Counted from the stretch's first letter, positions 1-10,436 are shown. The stretch: DNA of 64,000 bases from Legionellaceae bacterium (GCA_002707695.1 PANR01000018.1:1865-65864); one strand, 5' to 3'. Notes: generated from the sequence alone by a model not told the origin. Made by a program: numbers and translations.

Positions 1-94
1 GCGCATGAATGCAATGGCAACAGACGCCTTGCTCATTAAAAGTAATCGCTGGATCTGTCATGTCCATCACGCACTTAGCACAAACCTTGGCCAT
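1..94 (-). CDS. N-acetyl-sugar amidotransferase (WbuX/WbpG family), 5' end only; gene runs off window
   Basis: Not in ORF track. Manual translation from ATG at 94 gives MAKVCAKCVMDMTDPAITFNEQGVCCHC, the CxxC...CxxC N-terminus typical of this family; directly downstream of hisH/hisF paralogs. Confidence 0.8.
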   Translation of the reverse strand, partial: MAKVCAKCVMDMTDPAITFNEQGVCCHCIHA

Positions 95-142
95 TTTATT
101 GTCAACCCTCTCTTATATTGCTATCCAAATAGGTCCAAGAGA

Positions 143-916
143 CTATTCTGTTTCACTAAACAAATCAACATATCGACTTAATTCTGACTGGGATGGGTAA
201 TTAATTAACACCGACCTTTTTTTATCATGAAAAATGAAAACGCTGCCCGCACCCGCAGCGAATACACCACCTGAGGCGAAAATATCATGAAAATCTTGCA
301 AACTACCCGCGCCGCCGCAGGCTACAACGGGAATCGACAAGCGGTTGGTAATTGTTTTAACAAGCTCAATATCATAACCCTCCATGGTGCCATCGCGATC
401 AACTGCATTAATGATCAACTCTCCCGCGCCCTTTGCTTGAACACTCAACGCGTATTCCTCTGCCAAGCAAGCGGTTAATTTTCCTCGCGAATAAACCCTA
501 TAACGCCCCCTCCAATCTTTTTTTACATCCATCGTGACAACAATGGTTGAGCTGCCAAATGCTTTTGCAGCTTCCTCAACCAGCTGGTCATTTACAATGG
601 CCGCTGTATTAAGCGACACCTTTTCAACACCCAACTTTAGAATATGTTCAATATCGGATAATGTACGCACACCACCCCCATAGCAAAGAGGCATAAAACA
701 CTCTGATGCAAACTCTGAAATCAATTGAAAATTAATTTCAGAGCCTGGTTTACTCGCCGAAATATCAAAAACAACGAGCTCGTCAACCTCTTTATCATTA
801 AAAATTTTAGCAGTATTAATCGGTTCACCTATATAAACTGGCCGTTTAAATTTGACTGTTTTAACAAGCTTATTATCTTGCACCAATAACACAGGAATAA
901 CTCTATTTTCTATCAC
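143..916 (-). CDS. HisF-like cyclase subunit of LPS amidotransferase complex (WbuZ/HisF2)
   Basis: RVIPVLL, ASECFMPLCYGGG, DRDGTMEGYD, GAGSVFIF..VLINYP motifs; polysaccharide-locus context. Confidence 0.9.
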   Translation of the reverse strand: MIENRVIPVLLVQDNKLVKTVKFKRPVYIGEPINTAKIFNDKEVDELVVFDISASKPGSEINFQLISEFASECFMPLCYGGGVRTLSDIEHILKLGVEKVSLNTAAIVNDQLVEEAAKAFGSSTIVVTMDVKKDWRGRYRVYSRGKLTACLAEEYALSVQAKGAGELIINAVDRDGTMEGYDIELVKTITNRLSIPVVACGGAGSLQDFHDIFASGGVFAAGAGSVFIFHDKKRSVLINYPSQSELSRYVDLFSETE

Positions 917-1534
917 TTAACTCATCTCACAAAAATTTTTTAAAAGTTGCATGCCATGTCGATGACTTTTTTCAGGATGGAATTGAACACCGTATATATT
1001 ATCGTGCGCAACAGACGCCACATAATCGATACCATACTGACTTGTTGCCGCAATATCAGCATCATGTGCACAATGCATATGGTAAGAGTGAACAAAATAA
1101 AATTTTTTCAAATCAGACATTCCTTTAAATAACACTTCACCATCGGGTCGAGACTCAACACGTCGCCACCCCATGTTAGGAACCTTTAAATGAGGGTAGT
1201 CTTGTGGATTAAATTTTTTTATCTCTGCGTCGATCCAACCTAGGCCAGCACAACCACCCTCCTCACTATGTTTGGCAAACAACTGCATGCCTAAGCAAAT
1301 ACCCAGAATAGGCTTCTTTTCACGCAAAACAGTTTCTTCCAGTGGTGACAATAGCCCCATTTCGTTGATATTTTTTATGCCTGTCGCAAAAGAACCCACG
1401 CCAGGGAGTATCAATTTCTCTGCAGAAAATAAATCATCAGGTCTATTAGAGATAATGGCATGTATGCCAATTTTCTTTAGCATATTCAAAACTGACTGAA
1501 GATTTCCCAAACCATAATCAACAATAACAATCAA
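917..1534 (-). CDS. HisH-like glutamine amidotransferase (WbuY/HisH2)
   Basis: IVDYGLGNL, LPGVGSF, GICLGMQ, QFHPEKS; start moved to TTG at 1534 with AGGAGA RBS upstream. Confidence 0.9.
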   Translation of the reverse strand: MIVIVDYGLGNLQSVLNMLKKIGIHAIISNRPDDLFSAEKLILPGVGSFATGIKNINEMGLLSPLEETVLREKKPILGICLGMQLFAKHSEEGGCAGLGWIDAEIKKFNPQDYPHLKVPNMGWRRVESRPDGEVLFKGMSDLKKFYFVHSYHMHCAHDADIAATSQYGIDYVASVAHDNIYGVQFHPEKSHRHGMQLLKNFCEMS

Positions 1535-1572
1535 ACAATATCTCCTAAAGATTACAGCAAACCAATAACACG

Positions 1573-2877
1573 TTAACAATTCGTTTCATTTTTATAACGG
1601 GCATGCGTCATTATCGCATAAATGTTCAACAATATAAGGCAAAAATAAGCAATGATTATACTCAAAGCCAGCAGCATTAATGTTGCCCTGGGTGACACAC
1701 TTAAAAAGTGCGAAGGTAAAAATGCCAAGAGCACCAAAACACAAAACACAATGTTCCAGAAAAAATATATATGCTGCTTTTCAAGTAACGACAAGTTTTG
1801 GGATGGTGCAACAACCAAAAACTCAACCAAAAACATTGGAGCTAGCACCTGCGCATATACACCGGCTTCATACCAGTGAACGCCAAAAACTAAAGAAAAC
1901 AGCTTGGGACCAAACAGCAGTAAAACTAGCACAGGCATAATACCAATAATTAACAGCCTAAACATAGTTGACAAATATAACCTGAGCATAGCACGCAGAT
2001 CAACGTGTGCTAACTTTGCTGCTTCGCCCAAATATACTTTTCCTACAGAAGCCTCAATCAACGCTAGCGGCATTCTCACTGCTTGAGAAGCAAGACCATA
2101 AAATCCAGCAACCGTAATACCATGCTGAACAGTGAGCAGCAACGCGGGAATATAGAATGCAACAGAGTTTAACACCGCACCTGGCGCGCTAAAACAAACA
2201 AATCCAAGGTAGCGCTTAAGCGCCCCGAATAGTCGAACGATTTGGACATGAGAAAAAATACTTTGGTCATATTTGTAAGCATCTCGGCTTAACCCTCCAG
2301 CACCTGCTACGTGCCCAATTATCTGACCTACCAGGAGACCCAGAGCAGCAAACGGCAAAAAAGCGAACACCAGTTGAGCCGCGACCTGCCCCACTCCTTG
2401 TGCAATCTTAGTCTTGGCTAACGACTTAAAGCGACGCTGCCTAATTGCCCAATAACTTGTGACAGCATAGATTGCAGCCCCACAAACGCCCAGCGGAAGT
2501 AACCATAGATAAGGGTAAAAGCGGGGAAACTTCAACCAATCTACAAAAAAATGGCCCACCAGGGGAATAAGCAAGAACAAAACGGCTGAAAAAAAGATAC
2601 CAACGATTAATGCAACCACACAAACATTTGCAGCAAGCTTATCATCACTTGGCAATGGGATTGCCCTCTCGTACCGCAAACATGCAAAAGCCGAAAAGAA
2701 GCCTAAGAGTGAACCATAAACGGAATAAACACCAAAATCTTGTGTAGAATATAACCTGGTAATAAGGGGCATCGCCAACATAACAACGCCCTGGCCAATA
2801 ACACTTGCCACGACCAACTTACCTGCATTTGCAGCGAATGCATCTAGTCTTATAAACTGTTTAACTTGTCTAAGCAT
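1573..2877 (-). CDS. wzx: O-antigen/oligosaccharide flippase (MOP family)
   Basis: Polytopic hydrophobic protein with PLITRLYS..DFG and LRYERAIPLP motifs. Confidence 0.85.
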   Translation of the reverse strand: MLRQVKQFIRLDAFAANAGKLVVASVIGQGVVMLAMPLITRLYSTQDFGVYSVYGSLLGFFSAFACLRYERAIPLPSDDKLAANVCVVALIVGIFFSAVLFLLIPLVGHFFVDWLKFPRFYPYLWLLPLGVCGAAIYAVTSYWAIRQRRFKSLAKTKIAQGVGQVAAQLVFAFLPFAALGLLVGQIIGHVAGAGGLSRDAYKYDQSIFSHVQIVRLFGALKRYLGFVCFSAPGAVLNSVAFYIPALLLTVQHGITVAGFYGLASQAVRMPLALIEASVGKVYLGEAAKLAHVDLRAMLRLYLSTMFRLLIIGIMPVLVLLLFGPKLFSLVFGVHWYEAGVYAQVLAPMFLVEFLVVAPSQNLSLLEKQHIYFFWNIVFCVLVLLAFLPSHFLSVSPRATLMLLALSIIIAYFCLILLNIYAIMTHARYKNETNC

Positions 2878-2919
2878 AAGTTCTCAAACTATGTTTTTAC
2901 GAGATACACTATCAAAACT

Positions 2920-4350
2920 TTATTGGACATTCGTTACACCTTCTATTAAATGAGCGTAAAACAGTCTTTCTCGCCTCGTCAACAACTCAGAATTGTGCCA
3001 AAGGATTGTCATGTCACCTCCGTAATGCTTACATGCCTCGGCCAGCATAACAACCTTATTAAAGGCTTGCTCGAAAGATAACCCCATATAGTCAAACAAG
3101 CTACAGTCCATAACGACTAGTGGCCGCTCAACTAACGGTAATATTTTACGCTTGGGCAAACTATATACGGGGAACTCAAAACAAACACCACAACGAAAGC
3201 CTACCGATCCTGGATAGGATAAACTACTGTCATAATCTATGCCAACTTCCGCCCATTGATCCCATGTCTTTCCAGCCTGCCAACGAAGATAGTGCTGCCT
3301 TCCTCCCCAACGCGATTGAACAATATTTTCCTCATCCGCAACTTGCTGCAATTTAGCAAATTCCAGAGCCAACTGCTCTGGATTATCCAAGCTGTAATAG
3401 CTAGGATGTAAACCAATTTCATGTCCACGACTATATATCTCGCACATAAGCATCCTAATAAAAGGCATATCAAGCTCATAAACCGAATCAAACTGACTCC
3501 CTTTTACTTTCCCAGCAATAAAATAAAACGCACTTTGCAAATTATGTTTTTCACTAACATTCATTATAAAATTAAACGTGTTGTTGACATCTTTGCTGCA
3601 ATCACCCTTTGATACAGCGCGGTATCGAAAGAAGCGGTTCATAGCCAAGCGTGGGTCTTTCCTATGACGGATATCACCCAATACATTTCGCAATATTTGC
3701 GAAAATGACTTTCCAAACATACCAAAAGGTCTATCCACATCATGACTCAATTTAATTGAAAAATTACGAGGCTTGCGCGAAAGACTAGGACATAAGTGCT
3801 TTAAACACGCCCACAATAATTCAATATATTCATTGATAATTGGCCTATCTAAAAAATTCTCTTGATACGCTAATGAATCCTCAACAGGAAATCGACCATG
3901 TGAATCAACTGTTTTTTTCACGACTTCCTCATAGCGCGTCATCATAAAAAATGCTGAGCCAAATATATCCACACCCAATTGAACATCATTTGAAGACATA
4001 TTAATCCAACCACCATCATCCAAATATTTTCCGTAGATAATCGGTAATTGCTTAGCGCGATTATCGTGTGAACCATAAATGTAGTCAGGGAAAATAAAAC
4101 TGGGAAGCGGCTGCTTAGGCAAACTAGATGGCAAACACCACTGTGACTCATCAATATCAAAAAAATGGTCAGCAAGAGTTAGTGTTTTATTGTTAGGAAG
4201 AGAAATCTTATAAACGTTTTTATCATGATATTGAAAAGCAAAGTCGATGCCAAGAAATTCCTTAAACAACACCGTGAGAATATATATTTTTTCTGACTCA
4301 AATCCTGCAGGAAGGTGTATCTTTATCATAAATGTATCCCAAACATGCAA
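2920..4350 (-). CDS. polysaccharide deacetylase family protein
   Basis: SHDVDRP, HEIGLHPSY, RQHYLRW, GFRCG, ILWHNS motifs. Confidence 0.8.
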   Translation of the reverse strand: MHVWDTFMIKIHLPAGFESEKIYILTVLFKEFLGIDFAFQYHDKNVYKISLPNNKTLTLADHFFDIDESQWCLPSSLPKQPLPSFIFPDYIYGSHDNRAKQLPIIYGKYLDDGGWINMSSNDVQLGVDIFGSAFFMMTRYEEVVKKTVDSHGRFPVEDSLAYQENFLDRPIINEYIELLWACLKHLCPSLSRKPRNFSIKLSHDVDRPFGMFGKSFSQILRNVLGDIRHRKDPRLAMNRFFRYRAVSKGDCSKDVNNTFNFIMNVSEKHNLQSAFYFIAGKVKGSQFDSVYELDMPFIRMLMCEIYSRGHEIGLHPSYYSLDNPEQLALEFAKLQQVADEENIVQSRWGGRQHYLRWQAGKTWDQWAEVGIDYDSSLSYPGSVGFRCGVCFEFPVYSLPKRKILPLVERPLVVMDCSLFDYMGLSFEQAFNKVVMLAEACKHYGGDMTILWHNSELLTRRERLFYAHLIEGVTNVQ

Positions 4351-4364
4351 TATTAATCAAACAA

Positions 4365-5519
4365 TCACCAAGAAATACCTTCAGAGAAAAGTTCATTGTA
4401 ATACCAATTTTCACCATTAAAAAATTCATCGAGATTTATTTTGGGGTTAAAAATTGTTGCTAGAAGTGTCGGTTGGCTGATGGTTTTTTTATAAAATAGT
4501 TTATGATAAAAACCCAACAACTGATTAACCGGAAGGAATCCAAGATTCTTTAACAGCCCACTCATGTTAAAACCAGAACCGAGAGTTGTGGCTGAAAAAA
4601 CCGATACATCCTCCGCACGCAGTACTCTCAAACCCTTATGCATAAGACTGGATAACATCTGTTGACAATCATTTTTAGCGAACAAATCAATCAAAACTCC
4701 TTTTTTAACCTGCATTTTTTCCTGAACTGAAAATATGGCATAACCAAGCACTTCGCCTTTATCCTCAAAAGTAAAAACGCGGTGTGATAAATATGGATTT
4801 TGAAAAATTCGCCAATTAAAATATTCCACGGATCGATCAATGGTAATTTCATGCTTTGAATGATTTCTCTTCCAACACTCAGCAAGGCTAGCCAACAAGT
4901 CGGGGGAGATAGCCTTTGAGCCAAATACTTTGAGTTCTAAACCATGGGAACTTGACAACCTTTTCGCTTGGAGAGAAAAGATTTTTATTGGAATATAAAG
5001 GGGAGAAATTAAATAAGCTAGAAACTCTGGCAGCTTAAATTTTTTAAAAAATATTTTAGACAAAAACAAAAAACCACGAAATGATGCGAGCCTTAAATAA
5101 CACTCATCTTTCCCAACAACCTGATACCCCAATCTTTCACGAATTTTTCTTGGCACGCCATAGCTTGAGGTTGTATACAGCAGGTCAAATGTTTTTTTAG
5201 CCTCCTCGAAAAATCGTTTTTCAAATAAAAAATAAATGCCACTCTTGTAGTCTGGATGAAGTATGGTATTTTCAGTTTTGCCAGCTAAATATGTTTTCCC
5301 AAAAATAGACAGCTTGATTGGCAGCAGCCCATGATGGCCAACGATTTTGTTCGTCACCTTATCAACAATCACCCACATGCTATTACAATAATTTGGGTTT
5401 TCAAGCCACTCCCACTGATGCTGCTCAACTGTTCGATCCCGCCCTGTAATGAGATTATACAACGCCACTATTTCACCTTCGTCACCAGGCTGAAAAGGTC
5501 TGCTAATTAATCTAGGCAT
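4365..5519 (-). CDS. GNAT-family N-acyltransferase, probably tandem GNAT folds
   Basis: QWEWLENP, IVGHHGLLP, ILHPDYKSG and second half IDRSVEYFNWRI..NPY..GYAIF. Confidence 0.7.
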   Translation of the reverse strand: MPRLISRPFQPGDEGEIVALYNLITGRDRTVEQHQWEWLENPNYCNSMWVIVDKVTNKIVGHHGLLPIKLSIFGKTYLAGKTENTILHPDYKSGIYFLFEKRFFEEAKKTFDLLYTTSSYGVPRKIRERLGYQVVGKDECYLRLASFRGFLFLSKIFFKKFKLPEFLAYLISPLYIPIKIFSLQAKRLSSSHGLELKVFGSKAISPDLLASLAECWKRNHSKHEITIDRSVEYFNWRIFQNPYLSHRVFTFEDKGEVLGYAIFSVQEKMQVKKGVLIDLFAKNDCQQMLSSLMHKGLRVLRAEDVSVFSATTLGSGFNMSGLLKNLGFLPVNQLLGFYHKLFYKKTISQPTLLATIFNPKINLDEFFNGENWYYNELFSEGISW

Positions 5520-5778
5520 TTTTTGATTCTGAATGAGAAATTATATTGTTAATTTGAAGCACGATTTTATCAATACTGCTCCACTCATTGTCTGCAATAG
5601 AGTCTTCACTGATTTCGAAGCCAAATTTTTCTTGCAGTGTAAAAAGAATATCAATCAGGTCGAGCGAGTCATAGCCCTGCTTAATCAAATCGTTATGATA
5701 ATCTAGCTTGTTCACATCAACTTCACCAATACCTTTGATCGCCTGCACAACCTCTTCGGGACTAACAGCTTGAGACAT
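5512..5778 (-). CDS. acyl carrier protein
   Basis: 88 aa acidic protein with GYDSLD phosphopantetheine site and QEKFGFEI. Confidence 0.9.
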   Translation of the reverse strand: MSQAVSPEEVVQAIKGIGEVDVNKLDYHNDLIKQGYDSLDLIDILFTLQEKFGFEISEDSIADNEWSSIDKIVLQINNIISHSESKNA

Positions 5779-5795
5779 TTTACTTCACTACCCCT

Positions 5796-6716
5796 CTACG
5801 TTTTCTCTACGACAGTTGCCGCCATCGACAACCCTACACCAAAACCACACAGTAAAAACCTATGGTATTTATTTTGCCTTATATAATCAGCCAGCAAGAT
5901 AGGAATAGTCGATGAAACCGTATTGCCATATTGTGCGGCTACAAATGGCATTTTTTTCTTATCCACCCCCATACGCTGGCAAACTTTGCTTAGCATATAA
6001 CGACTTGCTTGATGCATCAAATATAGATCAATATCGTTATCAGCACAATGATTTTTAGCCAAACATTTGGCAGCCAGCAGGGGTACTTCTCGCAGAGCAA
6101 AATTAAAAATTTCACGCCCATTCATATAAAGCGACTTACCAACTTCTTTAATCAACATCTTGTGGCCAGCACCTGCTGTCGCAAACACACCCTTTTTGAT
6201 TGATAGCAACGGATCGGATGTTAATACAGTGACTGACGCTCCATCTCCAAAGATCAACGCGGTATTTTTGTCATTTTCATCTAGTATGCTAGAATATGGA
6301 TCTGCAGTAAATAACAACCCACACTTCAAATCATTGGCTTCCATAAAATTTTTAGCGAGATGCAGTGAATACACATACCCTGAACAACCTAAATTAATAT
6401 CGAACGAAGCACAATCTTCGGAAATCCCCAGCTTATCCTGCACAATTGCTGCAGTATGTGGCAATCCATAATCTCCGTTCTGGGTACAGACACAAATAAA
6501 ATCGACTTTTGGTATAAGTTTTTCAGCATTCTCTAAGTGATTAAAAGCCCAAACACATAAGTCTGAAGTGCTGGAGTCAGCAGATTTCCTTGCTACTGCT
6601 GTGAAGCCTGTTTTATTGACGATAAACTCTTCGCTTACCTGATACTTTTCCTTAAGCTCTACATTGTTAACTTTCTCATTCGGAATATAGTAAGCAACAT
6701 CACAAATTCCTATCAT
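5796..6716 (-). CDS. 3-oxoacyl-ACP synthase III (FabH-like)
   Basis: Cys-His-Asn triad motifs GCSGY, MHQAS, YGNTVSS; FGDGA. Confidence 0.9.
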   Translation of the reverse strand: MIGICDVAYYIPNEKVNNVELKEKYQVSEEFIVNKTGFTAVARKSADSSTSDLCVWAFNHLENAEKLIPKVDFICVCTQNGDYGLPHTAAIVQDKLGISEDCASFDINLGCSGYVYSLHLAKNFMEANDLKCGLLFTADPYSSILDENDKNTALIFGDGASVTVLTSDPLLSIKKGVFATAGAGHKMLIKEVGKSLYMNGREIFNFALREVPLLAAKCLAKNHCADNDIDLYLMHQASRYMLSKVCQRMGVDKKKMPFVAAQYGNTVSSTIPILLADYIRQNKYHRFLLCGFGVGLSMAATVVEKT

Positions 6717-7333
6717 GGCTTTCTCCTTGAGAAATATACCCAGCCCACGTTTATTTCATCGAGCATCACATTGGACTTTGAATCGTGGTCACCAAGCATT
6801 TTAGATAATTGCAAAACTAACTCCGCAACACCCAGCCGACCCTCAACCACGCTCCAATCCAATTTAATTCTCCTGCAGTACCATTTGCCATTTTTGCCCG
6901 GGCATGCGTTTGATAACAATGCCTTATTGAGTGATATGACTATATTGGCGAACTGTTTGATGCCAGAGACCGGCAATCTTATTGATCGACTGGCTGGATC
7001 ATAGTTAGCCTTGGCCACCAACCCATTCTCATCGTACTCCTTTCGAATCAACTCGCCTTGATCAGTAGAAATCAAAACAATTTTGTACTCCTCTTTGTCT
7101 GTAGTAACATTAAAAGAGGCAACAACATCATGCTTACTTTCATCGCCAGACTCATTCAACAGCAAATACTTTCCCTGTGAATACAAAGGCCGATGAATTT
7201 TTAGCTCATATGATCTGATCGAGCCCAAGCGCCAAAAGACACTGGCCTTAAATAACTGCTCAATCATGCTCGTTGCATGCACATAGTCTCTCTTGTCCAA
7301 TAACACAAACTCTGCATTAAAAATTTTTTGCAT
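6713..7333 (-). CDS. hypothetical protein, possibly hotdog-fold dehydratase-like
   Basis: 206 aa ORF overlapping the KASIII start (ATGA); N-terminal RDYVHATSMIE loosely resembles hotdog-fold active-site helices. Confidence 0.5.
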   Translation of the reverse strand: MQKIFNAEFVLLDKRDYVHATSMIEQLFKASVFWRLGSIRSYELKIHRPLYSQGKYLLLNESGDESKHDVVASFNVTTDKEEYKIVLISTDQGELIRKEYDENGLVAKANYDPASRSIRLPVSGIKQFANIVISLNKALLSNACPGKNGKWYCRRIKLDWSVVEGRLGVAELVLQLSKMLGDHDSKSNVMLDEINVGWVYFSRRKP

Positions 7334-7375
7334 ATCAACTTTTCATGTAAAAAAAATAGCCAAACAAAAAGGCGG

Positions 7376-7404
7376 TTGAACAGGGGTTAAAAGTACCATA
7401 GAAT
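7376..7404 (+). promoter_or_regulatory. putative sigma70 promoter of GT-C paralog 1
   Basis: TTGAAC(7376-81)-N17-TAGAAT(7399-7404); near-identical element at 18827-18855. Confidence 0.6.
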
Positions 7405-7424
7405 CACCGTACTTCTCAAAGGCC

Positions 7425-9491
7425 ATGGAGCATAATTTGGTGCGTAATTTTTCGTTGGTTACCAAACAAGCAAAGCCAAACTTACCAAAAATAACCAACC
7501 AGGCCAGACCTGATTTTGAACAAAAAACACGCTTCTGGCTTGCACTTTTTATTTTCTTTGCTGCTTTCTTCCTACGATTTGCCTACCTCCATCGCCAAGG
7601 CTTTTGGGATAGTGATGAATATTATTCATACCGCTTCATCGTTGCCTATTTGCTGCACCACAACCTTGATCCAGCTTCAGGGGGAGATATGTGGGGTAGA
7701 CCGTTTGGTTTTTTAACCTCATATTTCTTCATGAAACTTTTTGGCTTTACCCCTTTTTCTACCCACATCAAGAGCGCACTTTTTGGATTTCTCAGTATTG
7801 TTATTGGCTACATTGTCGGGGAGAGGCATCTGGGCAAAAATGCGGGATTATTTGCAGCCGCTCTAATGACAAGTTTGTATAGCCTGGTTTACTACTCACG
7901 CACAATGAAAATGACTGCACCCTCTATGTTATTTTGTGCTTTAGCAATCTGGATTTTATTTGAAATTATGAATACACCCGGCATACAAAAGCACGCTTTA
8001 TGCGGCCTCATGCTTGGTTTTATGATCACCACTCATCCTGCCACTATACCGATGGCTTTTTCTATTTTAATGCTATTAGGTATCGTCACGCTTATTAAAG
8101 AAAAAAACTTTAAAACCACCTATATTTACGGCCTACTCACCTTGCTTGGCCTTGCCATCCCGATAATAGGCTGCGAGTTATTTTATCTCCGAACAAAGCT
8201 TTTACCATGGTGGCACATGACGCGGCACGCTGATTACTTAAGCAATGTATTCTTTACCAGTGTTAATGGCGCCCAGCCCCAGTGGGAACACGCCAAACCC
8301 CATCTTTCATTTTTCCTGGGTGAAATTCGAAACAATGGAAAACCGCTTTTGTATGCCATTATTGCCGGACAACTATTTTCTGCGCTGAACTTAACAACTA
8401 AAAAAATGAAACCATTTTTACTCACTATCATGTTTTGGTTACCTGTATTAATTTACACGTATATTCTGCACACGACAGAGGCTGAACGAGACATCTTTAC
8501 CTCCCTATTCCCTGGATGCTTAGTTGTGGGCTATATGTTAGCGCGCATAATCAACCAACTCAAATCAACAGGCATACTTAAAGCAACGGCGCTAACAGCC
8601 ATAACAATCATTTTGTTAGCTTACGGCTTACCCAGAAGCTTTCCAATCATTAAAAACGCATCGGCTGCACAAAACATATATGACGTGATTGGTAATGAGC
8701 AAGCCTCTATGACTCGCCCCTCAACCAATACCGCTCAGTGGCAGCACTACTACTTCACCAATAACGCTCTCTTTGTGGATGGCTGGAACGATGTGTTAAC
8801 TAACTTTTTACTCAATCGGGCGAGCTATTTCATACAACTTACACCAGGCTGGACAAAAAAAACGAATTTCAGCAACACTGAAAAATTCGCGACGTCATAC
8901 AAAACAGCAAACAGCAACGGACGCTTTTCTACCACCTACCTGTACACGCCAAAACAACTTGAAACTATCTTTAAAAACAAATTTTCTCTGACAAAAATTA
9001 AAACCATTGACTTAAATACATTTTCCTCAGTTAAAGATATCCGAGGAAACAGCCCTCTAAATGAATTAATTTCAAAGAAAGGCAAGCAAGCCACCATTAC
9101 CATTCCGCTCAATGCCAACCTTTTAGTCGTTAGCGGAAAAATTGCTTTAAACCCTAGCATAGGAGAAAAGATTAACATCGCCATTGGTAATCACAACAAC
9201 CCAACTGCCTATGCTGTAAAATCGTTTTCTCCACGACAACGCAGCCTAATTTTACCAAACGAGAAAGCAACAAGTATATTTTGCGTGTGGAAATTATCCG
9301 GCAAACAACCCACTCAGCTAACACTCTCCGCTCTATTAAGCAAACATCTATCGTTATTAACCTTGCTGACAAATACGCAAGCAACATTTGATTATTTTTC
9401 AACGATAAGCAAAAAACAGATAAAAGCCTTTTCAGTTACCTTTTATCACATTCCAGAACAGTATCTACCGCAAAACATGCCGACCCTTTAA
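7425..9491 (+). CDS. ArnT/PMT-family (GT-C fold) membrane glycosyltransferase, paralog 1
   Basis: TM helix followed by FWDSDEY loop, GRPFG, many TM segments, soluble C-terminal domain. Confidence 0.8.
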   Translation: MEHNLVRNFSLVTKQAKPNLPKITNQARPDFEQKTRFWLALFIFFAAFFLRFAYLHRQGFWDSDEYYSYRFIVAYLLHHNLDPASGGDMWGRPFGFLTSYFFMKLFGFTPFSTHIKSALFGFLSIVIGYIVGERHLGKNAGLFAAALMTSLYSLVYYSRTMKMTAPSMLFCALAIWILFEIMNTPGIQKHALCGLMLGFMITTHPATIPMAFSILMLLGIVTLIKEKNFKTTYIYGLLTLLGLAIPIIGCELFYLRTKLLPWWHMTRHADYLSNVFFTSVNGAQPQWEHAKPHLSFFLGEIRNNGKPLLYAIIAGQLFSALNLTTKKMKPFLLTIMFWLPVLIYTYILHTTEAERDIFTSLFPGCLVVGYMLARIINQLKSTGILKATALTAITIILLAYGLPRSFPIIKNASAAQNIYDVIGNEQASMTRPSTNTAQWQHYYFTNNALFVDGWNDVLTNFLLNRASYFIQLTPGWTKKTNFSNTEKFATSYKTANSNGRFSTTYLYTPKQLETIFKNKFSLTKIKTIDLNTFSSVKDIRGNSPLNELISKKGKQATITIPLNANLLVVSGKIALNPSIGEKINIAIGNHNNPTAYAVKSFSPRQRSLILPNEKATSIFCVWKLSGKQPTQLTLSALLSKHLSLLTLLTNTQATFDYFSTISKKQIKAFSVTFYHIPEQYLPQNMPTL

Positions 9492-9493
9492 AA

Positions 9494-10291
9494 TTATCGG
9501 GAAAAATACGTTGCCCTCATACGTTCACTCATTGCGATAAAATTTGGATTTAACAATGATTCGGTTGTGTTATACTGTATTTCTGTTAGGTTATTTTCTC
9601 GCAACAACACCCCTCCCGCTTCACTTAAAACACAATGTGCAGCAGCGGTATCCCACTCTGATGTTGGTCCTAAACGAGGATAAATATCTGCCTTACCCTC
9701 TGCCACCAAACAAATTTTTAACGAGCTGCCCACATTAATTAACTCATATTGCTCAAATCTACTCAGCATTTTTTTCAATTGGTCGCTATTGCCATGCCGT
9801 CGACTCGCCACCACACGTACGCGTGTTGGCACTTCATGATTGGCTCGGATTTGAGTCACTTTTCCTTGCTCAACTTTATACGCCCCCCGCCCTTGCTCAG
9901 CGTAATACATCACATCAAGCGCTGGCGCATAAACGACACCCATAACTGGTCGATGATCTTCAATCAACGCGATATTAACGGTGAATTCGTCAGAACGATG
10001 GATGAATTCTTTTGTGCCATCGAGCGGATCAACAAGCCAATAACGATCCCATGCTTTTCTTTGATCCCAGGGCACTACGCTGGACTCTTCGGACAACACA
10101 GGCAATGCCGGCATTAAACGTTTGAGCCCTTCCACAATAATTTGATGTGCTGTCAAATCTGCTTGCGTTAATGGCGAGCCATCTTGTTTGGCAATCACTT
10201 CGAACGCTTCAGGGCTGCGATAAATATCTAACACTGCCTTGCCAGCATCCCGTGCAACCCGCACAACAGCATTCATCCACTCAGACCGCAT
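9494..10291 (-). CDS. cysQ: 3'(2'),5'-bisphosphate nucleotidase
   Basis: KQDGSPLTQAD, WLVDPLDGTKEFI, GSSLKICLVAEG, WDTAAAH. Confidence 0.95.
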   Translation of the reverse strand: MRSEWMNAVVRVARDAGKAVLDIYRSPEAFEVIAKQDGSPLTQADLTAHQIIVEGLKRLMPALPVLSEESSVVPWDQRKAWDRYWLVDPLDGTKEFIHRSDEFTVNIALIEDHRPVMGVVYAPALDVMYYAEQGRGAYKVEQGKVTQIRANHEVPTRVRVVASRRHGNSDQLKKMLSRFEQYELINVGSSLKICLVAEGKADIYPRLGPTSEWDTAAAHCVLSEAGGVLLRENNLTEIQYNTTESLLNPNFIAMSERMRATYFSR

Positions 10292-10436
10292 TTAACAACC
10301 CTCTTCATATTTTTTGACATATAAATGCTCAATTTCATGCGCATCAGCCAGCATCCTAGATGAATTATCCCTTGATTTCATCCTATAATTTTATCATAGT
10401 ACCTCAACTTCTAACTGCATTGATGGTACATAGGCA

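Noticed and set aside
143..1534. hisF/hisH as histidine biosynthesis genes
   Set aside because: No other his genes nearby; they adjoin an N-acetyl-sugar amidotransferase and wzx, the known LPS paralog arrangement
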